From contig JBGANV010000003.1 of assembly GCA_044222185.1 (NCBI GenBank), positions 352,001-416,000 of the forward strand: DNA of 64,000 nt, given 5' to 3'. This DNA comes from Planctomycetota bacterium (GTDB lineage Bacteria; Planctomycetota; GCA-002687715; CAIWVZ01). Both the position numbers and the translations under genes were made by a program. Below are positions 46,727 to 56,922 of this stretch, piece after piece. Every line of letters starts with the position of its first letter. The stretch's first letter is position 1. The notes beneath the pieces are model-generated. The model was not told the origin of the DNA. It saw only the letters and a list, made by a program, of their open reading frames with translations, and did not search any database.

Positions 46727-48829
46727 TCAGGTCGCGCCGTCGACCTGGATGCGTGCGAAGTCCGCGATTCCGCTGAAGAGCGTCCGCAACTCCATGAGCA
46801 GCCGCACGCGGTTCTCGCGGGTCGCGCGATCGTCGGCGATGACCATCACGCTCTCGAAAAACGCATCGACGGACGGCTTGAGCTGAGAGATGCGGCGCAG
46901 GGCACCAGCGAAGTCGCCACGCGCGGTTGCAGCTTCGACGTCGGCACGGGCCCCGACGTAGGCAGCGTGGAGTTTGCGTTCGGCGTCTTCGTTGAACCGG
47001 GCCGGATCGACCTGCCCCGCGACGACGTCCTTCCCGTTCTTCTCGACGATGTTCACGGCACGGCGGAACGCTGCCGCAAGAAGCAGGAAGTCGGGCTGGC
47101 CGATCATCTGCCCCAGGGCCACGAGCCGCTCCCGCGCGATCACGATGTCGTCGAACCCCGTGGCGAGAACCGACTCGACCACGTCGGCCCGCTGCGTTTC
47201 GCCGAAGAGGACCTTCAGCCGACCGCGGAAGAACTCGAGGACCTGCGTGCGAACGTCGGGCTCGCCGGGTTTGCGCTTCGCGTCGACGAGCTTCGGTGCG
47301 AGGAGACGAAGCGCTTCGTCGACGGCGCCCGCGAGCGAGAAGTGCAGCCCCTTCGCCAACGTCACGTTGATGATCGCGATGCAGGCGCGCCGCAGCCCGA
47401 AGGGATCGGCTTGGCCCGTGGGCGGCTTGCCGATCCCAAAGATGCCGGTGAGTGAATCCAGGCGGTCGGCGAGTCCGATCAGCGCCCCGGGGATCTGCGA
47501 CGGCATGTCGTCGGACGCGGTGCGCGGCAGGTAGTGCTCGAAGATCGCCAATGCGACTTCTGTCGGCTCTCCGTCATGGCGCGCGTACTCGCGTCCCATC
47601 ACGCCCTGCAGCTCCGGGAATTCGCCCACCATGCCGGTGACGAGGTCCGCCTTGCACAGCGCAGCGGCCCGGTCGACGGTCCGTTCCACGGGGCCGTTCC
47701 CCGTCGCCTGCGCGAACCAACGCGCGAGGGCTGTGATTCGCGCGACCTTCTCCGCGGTCGTGCCGAGCTGCTGCTGGAACACGACGCGCTCGAGGCGGGG
47801 CAGGCGCGCTTCGAGCTTCGTCTTGCGGTCCTCGTCGAAGAAGAAGCGGCCGTCGGCCAGCCGCGCCTTCAGGACGCGCTCGTACCCCCGCAGCGACAGC
47901 CTCTCGTCGCGTACCGGGGTGTTCGACACCGCCACGAAGTGCGGGAGCAGCTTGCCGGCCGAGTCCGTGACCGAGAAGTACCGCTGGTGGCCCTTCATCT
48001 CCTGGATGAGGACCTCGGGCGGCAGATCGAGGTGGCGGGCGTCGAAACTTCCCAACACCGCGTTGGGCAGCTCGACGAGATTCGTCACCTGATCGAGGAG
48101 CGAGGGATCGTCGAGCACCTTCCCGCCCGCACGCTCCGCGGCCTGCCTGACGCGAACGAGCGTCAGCGCCTTGCGTTTGGCGATGTCCGGAACGACGTTC
48201 CGGGTCTCGAGTCCGGCCTCGTACTCGGATGGCTCGCCGAGGACGATGGGCGAAGGCGTGAGGAAGCGGTGCCCGAACGACGTCCGCCCCGACGCGACGT
48301 CGGCGAACGTGACCGGAACGACTTGGGAGCCCAGGAGCGCGACGATCCACTGAACCGGACGCGCGAACGACAGGTCGACGTCGCCCCAACGCATGGACTT
48401 CTTGAACGCGATCCCATGCGCTGCGGCGTGCAACGCGGCCGTGACGATCTCCATCGCCGGCTTGCCCGGGTCGACGACCGTCGTGCCGAGGTATTCACCC
48501 TTCGGCGACTGCACTCGTGCCAGCTTGTCGACCGAGAGTTTCACGCTCTCGGCGAACTTCTCGGCGGCCTTCGTGGGTTTTCCCGACGGATCGAATGCGG
48601 CCTTCACCGATGGGCCGAGCACGTCGCGCGTGACGTCACTGGATCGGTCGGCGAGGCCGGTGACGAGGATCGCGAGGCGCCGCGGTGTGCCGAACGTGCG
48701 GACGTCTCCGAAGGCGAGCCTCGCCTCCGTCAGTTTCTCCGTGACGATCCGTCGGATGTCCGCCAGCGCCGGCTCGATGAACGACGCAGGAATCTCCTCC
48801 GCACCGATCTCGAACAGCAAATCAGCCAC
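46727..48829 (-). CDS. glyS: Glycine--tRNA ligase beta subunit
   Basis: [61 protein letters not shown]. Confidence 0.96.
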   Translation of the reverse strand: MADLLFEIGAEEIPASFIEPALADIRRIVTEKLTEARLAFGDVRTFGTPRRLAILVTGLADRSSDVTRDVLGPSVKAAFDPSGKPTKAAEKFAESVKLSVDKLARVQSPKGEYLGTTVVDPGKPAMEIVTAALHAAAHGIAFKKSMRWGDVDLSFARPVQWIVALLGSQVVPVTFADVASGRTSFGHRFLTPSPIVLGEPSEYEAGLETRNVVPDIAKRKALTLVRVRQAAERAGGKVLDDPSLLDQVTNLVELPNAVLGSFDARHLDLPPEVLIQEMKGHQRYFSVTDSAGKLLPHFVAVSNTPVRDERLSLRGYERVLKARLADGRFFFDEDRKTKLEARLPRLERVVFQQQLGTTAEKVARITALARWFAQATGNGPVERTVDRAAALCKADLVTGMVGEFPELQGVMGREYARHDGEPTEVALAIFEHYLPRTASDDMPSQIPGALIGLADRLDSLTGIFGIGKPPTGQADPFGLRRACIAIINVTLAKGLHFSLAGAVDEALRLLAPKLVDAKRKPGEPDVRTQVLEFFRGRLKVLFGETQRADVVESVLATGFDDIVIARERLVALGQMIGQPDFLLLAAAFRRAVNIVEKNGKDVVAGQVDPARFNEDAERKLHAAYVGARADVEAATARGDFAGALRRISQLKPSVDAFFESVMVIADDRATRENRVRLLMELRTLFSGIADFARIQVDGAT

Positions 48830-49793
48830 GGGCAGCCTCCGTCGGGGCGTTCATCTTGATCGCTTTCCAGGCGTCGGACGCTGCCGCACCTTCGAGGATC
48901 GGGAGCTGCTCGCCCACGGTCCACTTCGTCTTCGTGAGCGGGTAGCCGAGCCGCTCGCGCATCTTCAGGTAGCCCTCGGCGCACAGCCGCGCGTTGTCGC
49001 GGACGCGTTTGATGAACGCGGCGCGCTCCGTGACGGAGATGGCGCCCCGCGCGTCGAGCAGGTTGAAGGCGTGCGAGCACTTCAACGCGTAGTCGTAGGC
49101 CGGCAGCGGAAGCTCACAGCCGATCATCCTCCGACACTCCTTCTCGTAGGAGTCGAAGAGCTGGAAGAGCATGGCTGCATCCGACTGGCGGAGCGCGTAG
49201 TGGCTCATCTCGACTTCGTTCGCGTGGAAGACCTCGCCGTAGCGCACGCCCTTCACCCACTCGACGTCGTAGATGTTCTCCACGTTCTGGAGGTACATGC
49301 AGATGCGCTCGAGGCCGTAGGTGAGCTCGGCGGACACGGGCTTGCAGTCGAATCCGCCGCACTGTTGGAAGTAGGTGAACTGCGTCACCTCCATGCCGTC
49401 GCACCACACTTCCCAGCCCAGCCCCCAGGCGCCGAGCGTGGGGGACTCCCAATCGTCCTCCACGAACCGGATGTCGTGAGCGAGCGGGTCGATCCCGAAC
49501 GCCTTGATCGAGTCGAGGTACAGGGCCTGGACGTTCTTCGGCGCAGGCTTCAGGATCACCTGGAATTGGTGATGCTGGAACAGGCGATTGGGGTTCTCGC
49601 CGAAGCGCCCGTCAGCCGGGCGGCGCGACGGCTGGACGTAGGCGACGTTCCACGGTTCCGGGCCGAGCGCGCGCAGGAACGTCGCGGGGTGCATGGTCCC
49701 GGCGCCGACTTCGAGGTCGTAGCCCTGGACGATGATGCAGCCCTGCTTCGCCCAGAAGTTCTGGAGCGTGAGGATGAGATCCTGGAAATACAT
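48822..49793 (-). CDS. glyQ: Glycine--tRNA ligase alpha subunit
   Basis: [59 protein letters not shown]. Confidence 0.97.
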   Translation of the reverse strand: MYFQDLILTLQNFWAKQGCIIVQGYDLEVGAGTMHPATFLRALGPEPWNVAYVQPSRRPADGRFGENPNRLFQHHQFQVILKPAPKNVQALYLDSIKAFGIDPLAHDIRFVEDDWESPTLGAWGLGWEVWCDGMEVTQFTYFQQCGGFDCKPVSAELTYGLERICMYLQNVENIYDVEWVKGVRYGEVFHANEVEMSHYALRQSDAAMLFQLFDSYEKECRRMIGCELPLPAYDYALKCSHAFNLLDARGAISVTERAAFIKRVRDNARLCAEGYLKMRERLGYPLTKTKWTVGEQLPILEGAAASDAWKAIKMNAPTEAARG

Positions 49794-50082
49794 GGTGCGG
49801 CTGTCCCCCGTTCGCGATCGCGAAGGCCGCGACGCTACGAATGCGGTTCGCTGCGGGCAAGAAGTCGGCGGCCGGACGCCGCGCCCCGCGCCGCGGAGCG
49901 CCGATCGTACGAGCGGCAGCGCCGTCGATTCCCTCGTCGCCACTCGAGCATCGAACCGGCCGCAGTCCTCTCACGCCCGCCGTCAATCCACGCCAGTGGG
50001 CCGCGCGAGGACGCGCGGCAGTCCGGCCCCGCGCCGCGGAGACGGCGGTCGCGTGGCGCTCCGGCACCAGCGCAGGAAGGCG

Positions 50083-53000
50083 CTACAGCTTCCGCACGGC
50101 GTCCCCCGCGGATTCGACGATCACGTCACCGCTCGCAAGATCGACGAGCACGAGCCGCGCCCGCCCCGAGCCGACGGGGATCTCATAGGCCTTGCCGGCG
50201 ATCTCGACCCTGCGCACGGCGTCGCGCGACATCTCGTTGCACACGACGACCAGTGCCGACGCCTTGGTGTAGAAGACGTTCGCCGCAACGGGGTCGATCG
50301 ACGGACTGAAGCGCGCGCCGGCCGTCCGCAGGGCCTGCGCGTAGAGCGCCCGCAGCGGCATGGCCTCGCGAGCGAACTCGAGCGGGAGCGGCTCGTGCCA
50401 CACCGCACCTTCGAGCTTGTCGAGCGGCGGCCCGTCGGCGGCGCGAAGCCACTCGCTGCAGCGTTCGTCGAACGTGGCGATCGCGTTCACGTTCGACGAC
50501 AGGATCCACGAGGTCGGTTCACGCGTCATGACGGGCCGATGCCCGCCGCGAATTCCCAGGCTCGCGAGTTCCTGCGGCGCCAAGCCCGAGTCGATGCAGT
50601 CGAGCCCGCCCGTCACGAGGACCTTCGTCCCCGAATCCGAAAGTTGCTTGACGATCCGGGAGAGTCCCGCGTGCATCCACTCGGGCGCCGGGACGATCGC
50701 GAGCTTCCATTTGGGCGCCGGCGTGGGCAGCGGCGCCACGTCCGAGACGACCTCGGGAACGACACCGAAGTGCTCGGCCAGCGTGCGAACGCACTGCTTG
50801 ACCGCGTCCATGTTGCGCGGCCGCCCCGCGAAGTGCCGCGCGTGCGGGATCACCAGCCCCACCTCGCCGGGCTCGTAGTCGTCGAGTCGCGTGCGCGCCT
50901 TCTCGAAGAACGCGGCGAAGGAGTCGACGACTCGCAGTTCGGGCTTCGCGGTGCCGTCGGGTCGATTGAACCCGATGACGGCCTCGTTCTCGACGGGCAT
51001 GTAGGGGTTGATGTTCCACGCCCACTGCACGGCGCCGCATCCGCCCGCCATGAACGCGTAGGCGAACTTGCGCTCGAGGAGGCGCGCCGCGGTCTCGGGA
51101 GTGCGCCACGGGAACCCGCGGTCGCTCTCGAGCCGCATCATGCCCGTCTCCTGGATCAGGCTCGGCTTGCCGAGGGCCTTGGTGACGACGCCGTCCCACA
51201 AGAGGTCGTCGTTGTTCCACCAGGTGTGCACGGAGGTGTAGTCGACGGACGACTCGTAGAAGAGCTGGGATGGCCGCACCGTCGTTCCGCCTTCGTCCTG
51301 CCCGAGCGTGACGAGCGGTCCGGCGCCCGCGACCTTCAACGTGTCGCGCAACTGCGCGGCCCAGCCGGCGACGGCGTCGTTGGTGAAGCGGACGAAGTCC
51401 AGCGCCTTGCGTGGCCGTTTGCCCTCGCGCCACGGCGTGTAGGCCAGTTCCTCGACCTTCGGCAGGCCGAGCACGTCGGACGACGCGTCGTCCCACGCCA
51501 GTCGCAGACGCGATTCGTCCAGTCCGCCGTAGGCCTTCGTCAACCAGCTCCGCCACTCGCGCTTCTCGAACTCGTCGCCGATGGGACGGTTGTTCCACAA
51601 CTGATCCGCCGGCGAATAGGACGGCTCGTTGATCAGGTCGTAGTGGACCCACCCGCAGTCGCGATAACGGCGCGCGATCAGCGTGAGGAGCGTCTTCTGG
51701 CCCTCGAGCGCCCGCGGATCGAGGAACGGGTTCGCGCCTCCGAACATCGGTGGTTGGAACGCGAACAAGTTGAAGCACACGTAGATGCCGTGCCGCGCGG
51801 CCGTGAGCACGAATGCGTCGAGCGCACGCAGGACGCCGTCGTCGATGGCGCCGGAGTCGAGCATGGCTCGCGTCCAACCGGTCCAGAGTCCCGTTCGCAC
51901 GAGGTTGATCCCGTGCTGCTTCATCATGGCGAAGTCGCGATCCCACACGGCCGGGTTGGGCTCGAAGAGGAACTTGCGATGCACGTCGGACGCCATGTAG
52001 GTCGTGCCGATGATGGGCATGGGTTTCCCGCCGGAGCGGATCCACGACCGCGAGATCGCAAGCGGTGGCGCGGCCGGTGCGCGGTCGACGCCTCCCACCC
52101 AGACGGCGCAGCGGCTGACGTCGACCGTCGAAAAGGCCGCCGTCGTCACGTCGATCGCGTAGAGGCCCTCGGTCGAGGCGAATGCACGCGCGGGAATCAC
52201 CAGTTCGGACGTGGCCACGGTCCCGTCTCCCACGAGCGGGGGCCCCGCCCAGCGCGTCGGGGAAGACGGTCGCGTGTCGCTCGAGTTCGAGACGAGGGCT
52301 TCGACCGCCGCCGAGCCCAGCGGCAAACGTCGTCGGGGCGAACGCGCGGTGACGCGCACGCGTGCGTCCTCCGACGTGGATAGGGTGGCCGCAACCGGGC
52401 GCACGTCGAACGCGATGGCTCCCGCCTTCGCCGTCGCGATCGTGTATCGGATGAAGTCGTCCGAGAGCGGCGCGTCGCACGGCACGAAGACCCAACGCCC
52501 GCCGGCCTCCGTTCCGCGAATCCGATCGACTTCGACGAACGCGCAGCCGCGCGCGACGCCGCTGGCGTCGACCATGTGGATGAAGGGGCGGACGATCGCA
52601 TCCCGCGGCCCGCTCGATCCATCCTCCTTGTCGAAATCGCGCTTCGTCGTCAGGCGAAGCGTGAGCGTCCACGTGCGCTTGGGCGCCTGGAACGTTTCCA
52701 ACCATCCCATGCGCGCGAGCGGGCGAACGGTCAGTCCATCGCAGGGGATCTCCTCGCACGGCCCGATGAGGAGTTCGCGCGCGAACGTGGGCGTGCGAGG
52801 CGCCGATTCGTACGTCTCCTCCCCGGGCTTGCCCGTCGCCAGGACGGGGACGTGGAACGGCGCGCCGCCAAAGACGACCAGGCTTCCACCATTCGCGATG
52901 AACGCCCGGATCTGTGGCCACGCCTGGATTGGGAACGCCGACCCGTGGGTGAACACCACCGTGTCGTAGCGCTCGGTCGTCAGCCGCTCGATGAACTCGG

Positions 53001-53202
53001 GAACCGACGAGATCACGTCCGAGTCCTGGTTCGAGACGACGCGCGCAAGCGTCGCGTCGTCGATGGGCGCCGCGTCGATCGTCGGGAACCCCTTGGGGCG
53101 GAACACTGCAGTCCGCGACGCGCGCGCGTCGGCGATCTGCGCCATCGACCCGACTGTGAGCGTTGCCACGAGGAGCACCAACCGAGCCGATCCCGTCGTC
53201 AT
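50083..53202 (-). CDS. Large secreted clan-A glycoside hydrolase (GH5/GH42-like)
   Basis: Signal peptide; WDRDFAMMKQHGINLVRTG; YDLINEP acid/base; SVHTW; LIQETG nucleophile-like; trimerisation-like C-terminus. Confidence 0.75.
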   Translation of the reverse strand: MTTGSARLVLLVATLTVGSMAQIADARASRTAVFRPKGFPTIDAAPIDDATLARVVSNQDSDVISSVPEFIERLTTERYDTVVFTHGSAFPIQAWPQIRAFIANGGSLVVFGGAPFHVPVLATGKPGEETYESAPRTPTFARELLIGPCEEIPCDGLTVRPLARMGWLETFQAPKRTWTLTLRLTTKRDFDKEDGSSGPRDAIVRPFIHMVDASGVARGCAFVEVDRIRGTEAGGRWVFVPCDAPLSDDFIRYTIATAKAGAIAFDVRPVAATLSTSEDARVRVTARSPRRRLPLGSAAVEALVSNSSDTRPSSPTRWAGPPLVGDGTVATSELVIPARAFASTEGLYAIDVTTAAFSTVDVSRCAVWVGGVDRAPAAPPLAISRSWIRSGGKPMPIIGTTYMASDVHRKFLFEPNPAVWDRDFAMMKQHGINLVRTGLWTGWTRAMLDSGAIDDGVLRALDAFVLTAARHGIYVCFNLFAFQPPMFGGANPFLDPRALEGQKTLLTLIARRYRDCGWVHYDLINEPSYSPADQLWNNRPIGDEFEKREWRSWLTKAYGGLDESRLRLAWDDASSDVLGLPKVEELAYTPWREGKRPRKALDFVRFTNDAVAGWAAQLRDTLKVAGAGPLVTLGQDEGGTTVRPSQLFYESSVDYTSVHTWWNNDDLLWDGVVTKALGKPSLIQETGMMRLESDRGFPWRTPETAARLLERKFAYAFMAGGCGAVQWAWNINPYMPVENEAVIGFNRPDGTAKPELRVVDSFAAFFEKARTRLDDYEPGEVGLVIPHARHFAGRPRNMDAVKQCVRTLAEHFGVVPEVVSDVAPLPTPAPKWKLAIVPAPEWMHAGLSRIVKQLSDSGTKVLVTGGLDCIDSGLAPQELASLGIRGGHRPVMTREPTSWILSSNVNAIATFDERCSEWLRAADGPPLDKLEGAVWHEPLPLEFAREAMPLRALYAQALRTAGARFSPSIDPVAANVFYTKASALVVVCNEMSRDAVRRVEIAGKAYEIPVGSGRARLVLVDLASGDVIVESAGDAVRKL

Positions 53203-53614
53203 GAGCGTCCCTTCTCGAAGTGCGACGCGAAATCATACAGCAGGCGAACTCGCACTGCCGCCCACGCGACCGAGGGGCGCCGCGGGCGTACGGACTCGGA
53301 CTCCCAATCGGGGCCGCGCGCGTGGCAGCCGTCGGCCCGAGCGTCGTGCGTGCGGGCCCAGCGGCTTCTCTCAACGGCTTATTCCCCGAATCAGATCGCG
53401 CTGCTCTGATGGCGCCGGCTCATCGGAATCTCCCGAGGTCCCGGCGTGGCTTGGGCCAGCACGACCGCGGACGCTCCCAAGGCCAGTCGACACGCACGCG
53501 CCGGCCGCCCGCGTATCGCAAAGAGATTCCATCCCTCCGCGGGAATGCCGCTGACGTCAGGCCGCGACACTTCCCATGTCTGCTCCCGCCTGAAGGAAGT
53601 CGAGGAGAAGCGCC

Positions 53615-56600
53615 ATGAGGTCGACCCTGAGATGGAAATCCTTCGCCCTGGTCTGCGCAGCCGTCACTGCCGCCATCGTCCTGCAACCTCAGTACCGATC
53701 ATCGGACGTCACATCGACTCAGCGTCCGGGCTTCACACTCACGGCGACGACCGTCGCGGACGCGCCGCTGCCGATGCCCGCCGCGTCGCAATCCCCATTC
53801 GTGGTGCCCGTGGCCTATGCGCCGAACGAGGGGCAGTGGGACGCGGACGTCCGCTTCGCCGCCGAGATCGGGGACGTGAACGTTCGCCTCGGCGACCGCG
53901 GATGGACGCTCGGCCTCGCGCGAAGAGAACCGGATCCCGCGGCGGCACGGTGTGCCCTTCGCGCGGAACGGAGCGTGACGCGCGTCGTCGCCGAAGCGAC
54001 GGTGCGCATGACGTTCCGAGGCGCACGCGAACCGTCGACGATGACGCCTGAGGGTCGCCTCGCGGGAATCGACATGTACTTCGCGGGCGACGATCCCGCG
54101 CGGTGGCGAACCGCGGTCCCGCGCTATGCAGCCGTCCGGTATGACGAGCTGTATGCCGGCGTGGACGTACGCGCGTACTCGACCGATGGCCACTTCGAGT
54201 ACGACGTCTTGCTCGAGCCTTGGGCGGACATCGGCGCCGTGGAGGTCGCAGTCGATGGCGTCCGCGCGATCTCCGTGGACGATGGCGGCGGAATCGTATT
54301 CGACACGGCCGCGGGTCTCTTGCGGCAGCCTGCACCCTCGGCGTTCGTCCGAACCTCGGATGGCGGACGGAGGCGCGTGCGCTGCGTGATCGAGCCCCGC
54401 GGAACCGACGCGTTCGGTTTCCAGGCTCCGGACTGGGACGGCGCCAGCGCGCTCGAGGTCGACCCGGGACTCATCTACTCGACGACGTACTCGGGTCAGG
54501 TGTTCGGAGTGGCGATCGACGTGAACGGCGTCGTCACCTTCGGCACGCTGACGGGCGTGCTCGTTCGCGTGAACCCGTCGCTCCCCGCCGGGCAGCAGCT
54601 CGTCTGGACTGCCTCGCTGTCGGGTGCCACGCTCTGGGATCTCTTTCTCGAGCCGGGCGGCGCCGTCGTGGCGACGGGACGGACTACGTCAGGTTCGTTC
54701 CCGACGACGGTCAACGCCTACGATCGCACGTTCAACGGCAACAACGACGTCTTCATCACGCGCCTCGATCCGTCGTTGCCCGCCGGCCAGCAGCTGACCT
54801 GGTCGACGTTCCTCGGAGGCAGCGGGATGGAATGGGGCGGCTACGGCGTCTTCGTCGAGCCGTCCGGCGTCGTGGCCGTCTGCGGTTCCACCGAATCCGC
54901 CAACTTCCCCATCACTCCCGGTGCGTTCGATTCGACGTTCGGCGCAGGCGGGCAATTCGGGGACGGCTTCGTGTCCGTCTTCGATCCGTCCCTCGCCGGG
55001 ACCCAGCAACTCCTCTACTCGACGTTCGTCGGCGGAGCCGGCAGCGAACTGCTCACGAGCATTCGGGGTGGAGACCTGATCACGGTCGCCGGCTGGACGA
55101 CGTCGCCGGACTTCCCCACGACCGCGAACGCCTGGGACCGGACCCTCGCCACGCAGGACGTCTTCATCACGCAGCTTCGTCCCGCGCTTCCTCCGGCGGA
55201 ACAGCTCGCCTACTCGACGTACTTCGGTGGAAGCGGCACCGAGGGAAACTCGCCGCGGACACCGCCCATGATCGACGCCGCGGGCACGATCACCGTCGCG
55301 GGGAGCACGAATTCCGCGGACTTGCCCACGACGCCTGGCTCGTGGGATCGCACGTACCACGGCGGCACGGACGCGTTCGTCGCGCGCCTGGATCCGTCCC
55401 GTCCGCCCGCAGGGCAACTGATCTACGCGACCTACCTCGGAGGAGCGGCGATCGAAGAGGTGTACGGCTCCGCGAGCGACCTGAACGGCATGGTGACGCT
55501 CGGGTGCATCACCCGCTCGCAAGACTGCCCCACGACTCCCAACGCGTTCGACTCGACCTTCGGCGGCGGAGTCAGTGACGCGTACGTGGCGCGCATCAAC
55601 CCGACGCTCGCAGCTCCCCATCAACTGACCTACGGCAGCTACCTCGGTGGCAACGGCTCCGAGGAGGTCCAGGACATGGCGCTCGCGAGGAACGGAAGCG
55701 TCGTCGTGGGCGGTCGCGGCAGCAATGCAACCTTCCCGGTCACTCCGACGGGAACTGCGGGACTCAGTGGCTTCGTCACCGTCATGGACGTCCCGCTCAC
55801 GTTCCCGAACGAAGCGCCGACGGCGCAGGCGGGCGCGGATCAGGCCGTGCATGCCGGCGCCACGGTGCATCTCGACGGCTCGGCGTCGTTCGACGACAAC
55901 ACGTCGCCGTCGGCGCTGTTGTATGCCTGGGCACTCGTCGCCGTACCGCCAGGAAGCACGGCCGTGCTCAGCGGTGCATCGACGCCGTTCCCGTCGTTCG
56001 TCGTGGACATTCCGGGAGACTATGCCATCGACCTCGTCGTCACGGACGAGGAGGGAGCGAGCAGCGACCGCGACCAGGTCGTGGTCTCGTCGTTCAACGT
56101 GGCGCCGACGGCGTCGGCCGGACTGGACCAGCTGACGATTCTCGGCAACGTCACGACCCTGGATGGCACCGGCAGCTTCGATCCCGATCAGGACCCCATC
56201 GTGTTCGCCTGGGTGATGACGTCGCGACCGACGGGGAGCCTGGCGTTCCTCGCGAACGAGATGACGGCCACGCCGTCGTTCGCTCCCGACGTCGAAGGGA
56301 CGTACACGATCTCTCTGATGGTGAGCGACATCTTCACATACTCGGCGGTGGACGAGGTCGTCGTGACCGCGATCACGGGCACCCATTACGCGGAGAACGT
56401 CGTCACCGTCGTCGCTGCCGACGTCTTGAGTCTCCCGCCGGCTTCGGTCACGAACGTCGGCAACCAGACGTCGCTCAACCAATTCCTATCGAACGCCGTC
56501 CAGCAGATGCAGTCCGACAGGATCGCCCTCGCGCGGCGGAAACTGGAGGACGCACTCGCCCGCGTCGACGGCTGCGCGTTGCGCGGTCAGCCCGACACGC

Positions 56601-56692
56601 AGGGGCCCGGCCGCGATTGGGTCACCGACTGCGAAGCGCAGGCGCTGATCTATGCGGAGATCCTCGCGGCGTTGAACGCGCTCGCGCCGTGA
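53615..56692 (+). CDS. Secreted SBBP-type beta-propeller protein with two PKD-like domains
   Basis: GAGGAG RBS; N-domain PNEGQW...YDELYAGVD...EYD...DP; about six repeats [DN]PSLxxxQQLxYSTFxGGxGxE...SxxFPTT; PKD-like APTAQAGADQ...LDGSASFD and APTASAGLDQ...LDGTGSFDPD. Confidence 0.85.
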   Translation: MRSTLRWKSFALVCAAVTAAIVLQPQYRSSDVTSTQRPGFTLTATTVADAPLPMPAASQSPFVVPVAYAPNEGQWDADVRFAAEIGDVNVRLGDRGWTLGLARREPDPAAARCALRAERSVTRVVAEATVRMTFRGAREPSTMTPEGRLAGIDMYFAGDDPARWRTAVPRYAAVRYDELYAGVDVRAYSTDGHFEYDVLLEPWADIGAVEVAVDGVRAISVDDGGGIVFDTAAGLLRQPAPSAFVRTSDGGRRRVRCVIEPRGTDAFGFQAPDWDGASALEVDPGLIYSTTYSGQVFGVAIDVNGVVTFGTLTGVLVRVNPSLPAGQQLVWTASLSGATLWDLFLEPGGAVVATGRTTSGSFPTTVNAYDRTFNGNNDVFITRLDPSLPAGQQLTWSTFLGGSGMEWGGYGVFVEPSGVVAVCGSTESANFPITPGAFDSTFGAGGQFGDGFVSVFDPSLAGTQQLLYSTFVGGAGSELLTSIRGGDLITVAGWTTSPDFPTTANAWDRTLATQDVFITQLRPALPPAEQLAYSTYFGGSGTEGNSPRTPPMIDAAGTITVAGSTNSADLPTTPGSWDRTYHGGTDAFVARLDPSRPPAGQLIYATYLGGAAIEEVYGSASDLNGMVTLGCITRSQDCPTTPNAFDSTFGGGVSDAYVARINPTLAAPHQLTYGSYLGGNGSEEVQDMALARNGSVVVGGRGSNATFPVTPTGTAGLSGFVTVMDVPLTFPNEAPTAQAGADQAVHAGATVHLDGSASFDDNTSPSALLYAWALVAVPPGSTAVLSGASTPFPSFVVDIPGDYAIDLVVTDEEGASSDRDQVVVSSFNVAPTASAGLDQLTILGNVTTLDGTGSFDPDQDPIVFAWVMTSRPTGSLAFLANEMTATPSFAPDVEGTYTISLMVSDIFTYSAVDEVVVTAITGTHYAENVVTVVAADVLSLPPASVTNVGNQTSLNQFLSNAVQQMQSDRIALARRKLEDALARVDGCALRGQPDTQGPGRDWVTDCEAQALIYAEILAALNALAP

Positions 56693-56733
56693 GCGGAGCG
56701 TCGTCGGCCGCACGACGGCCGATGGAACTCCGC
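56693..56733 (+). terminator. Hairpin between convergent genes
   Basis: GCGGAG..TCGTCGGCCG-CACGA-CGGCCGATGG..CTCCGC. Confidence 0.4.
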
Positions 56734-56922
56734 AGACCGACCGCGTGAGGTGCGCCGCATCCACTCGAAGTGAGCCCGCGGCGCACTGCCGCGGGTTCGT
56801 TGCCGGGGGCGGCCGCAAGGCCCCACGCCGCGTGGTCCTCGACCCGAACGCGAACCTCCAGGGCCAGAGCCTCTCGGTCCCAAGAGCCGGATGCCGCGCG
56901 CACGCAACCCGCGCCGCCCGAC

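Noticed and set aside
54560-55680. Periodic DNA similarity suggesting a CRISPR or tandem array
   Set aside because: It is explained by in-frame SBBP protein repeats; there are no identical repeats with unique spacers.
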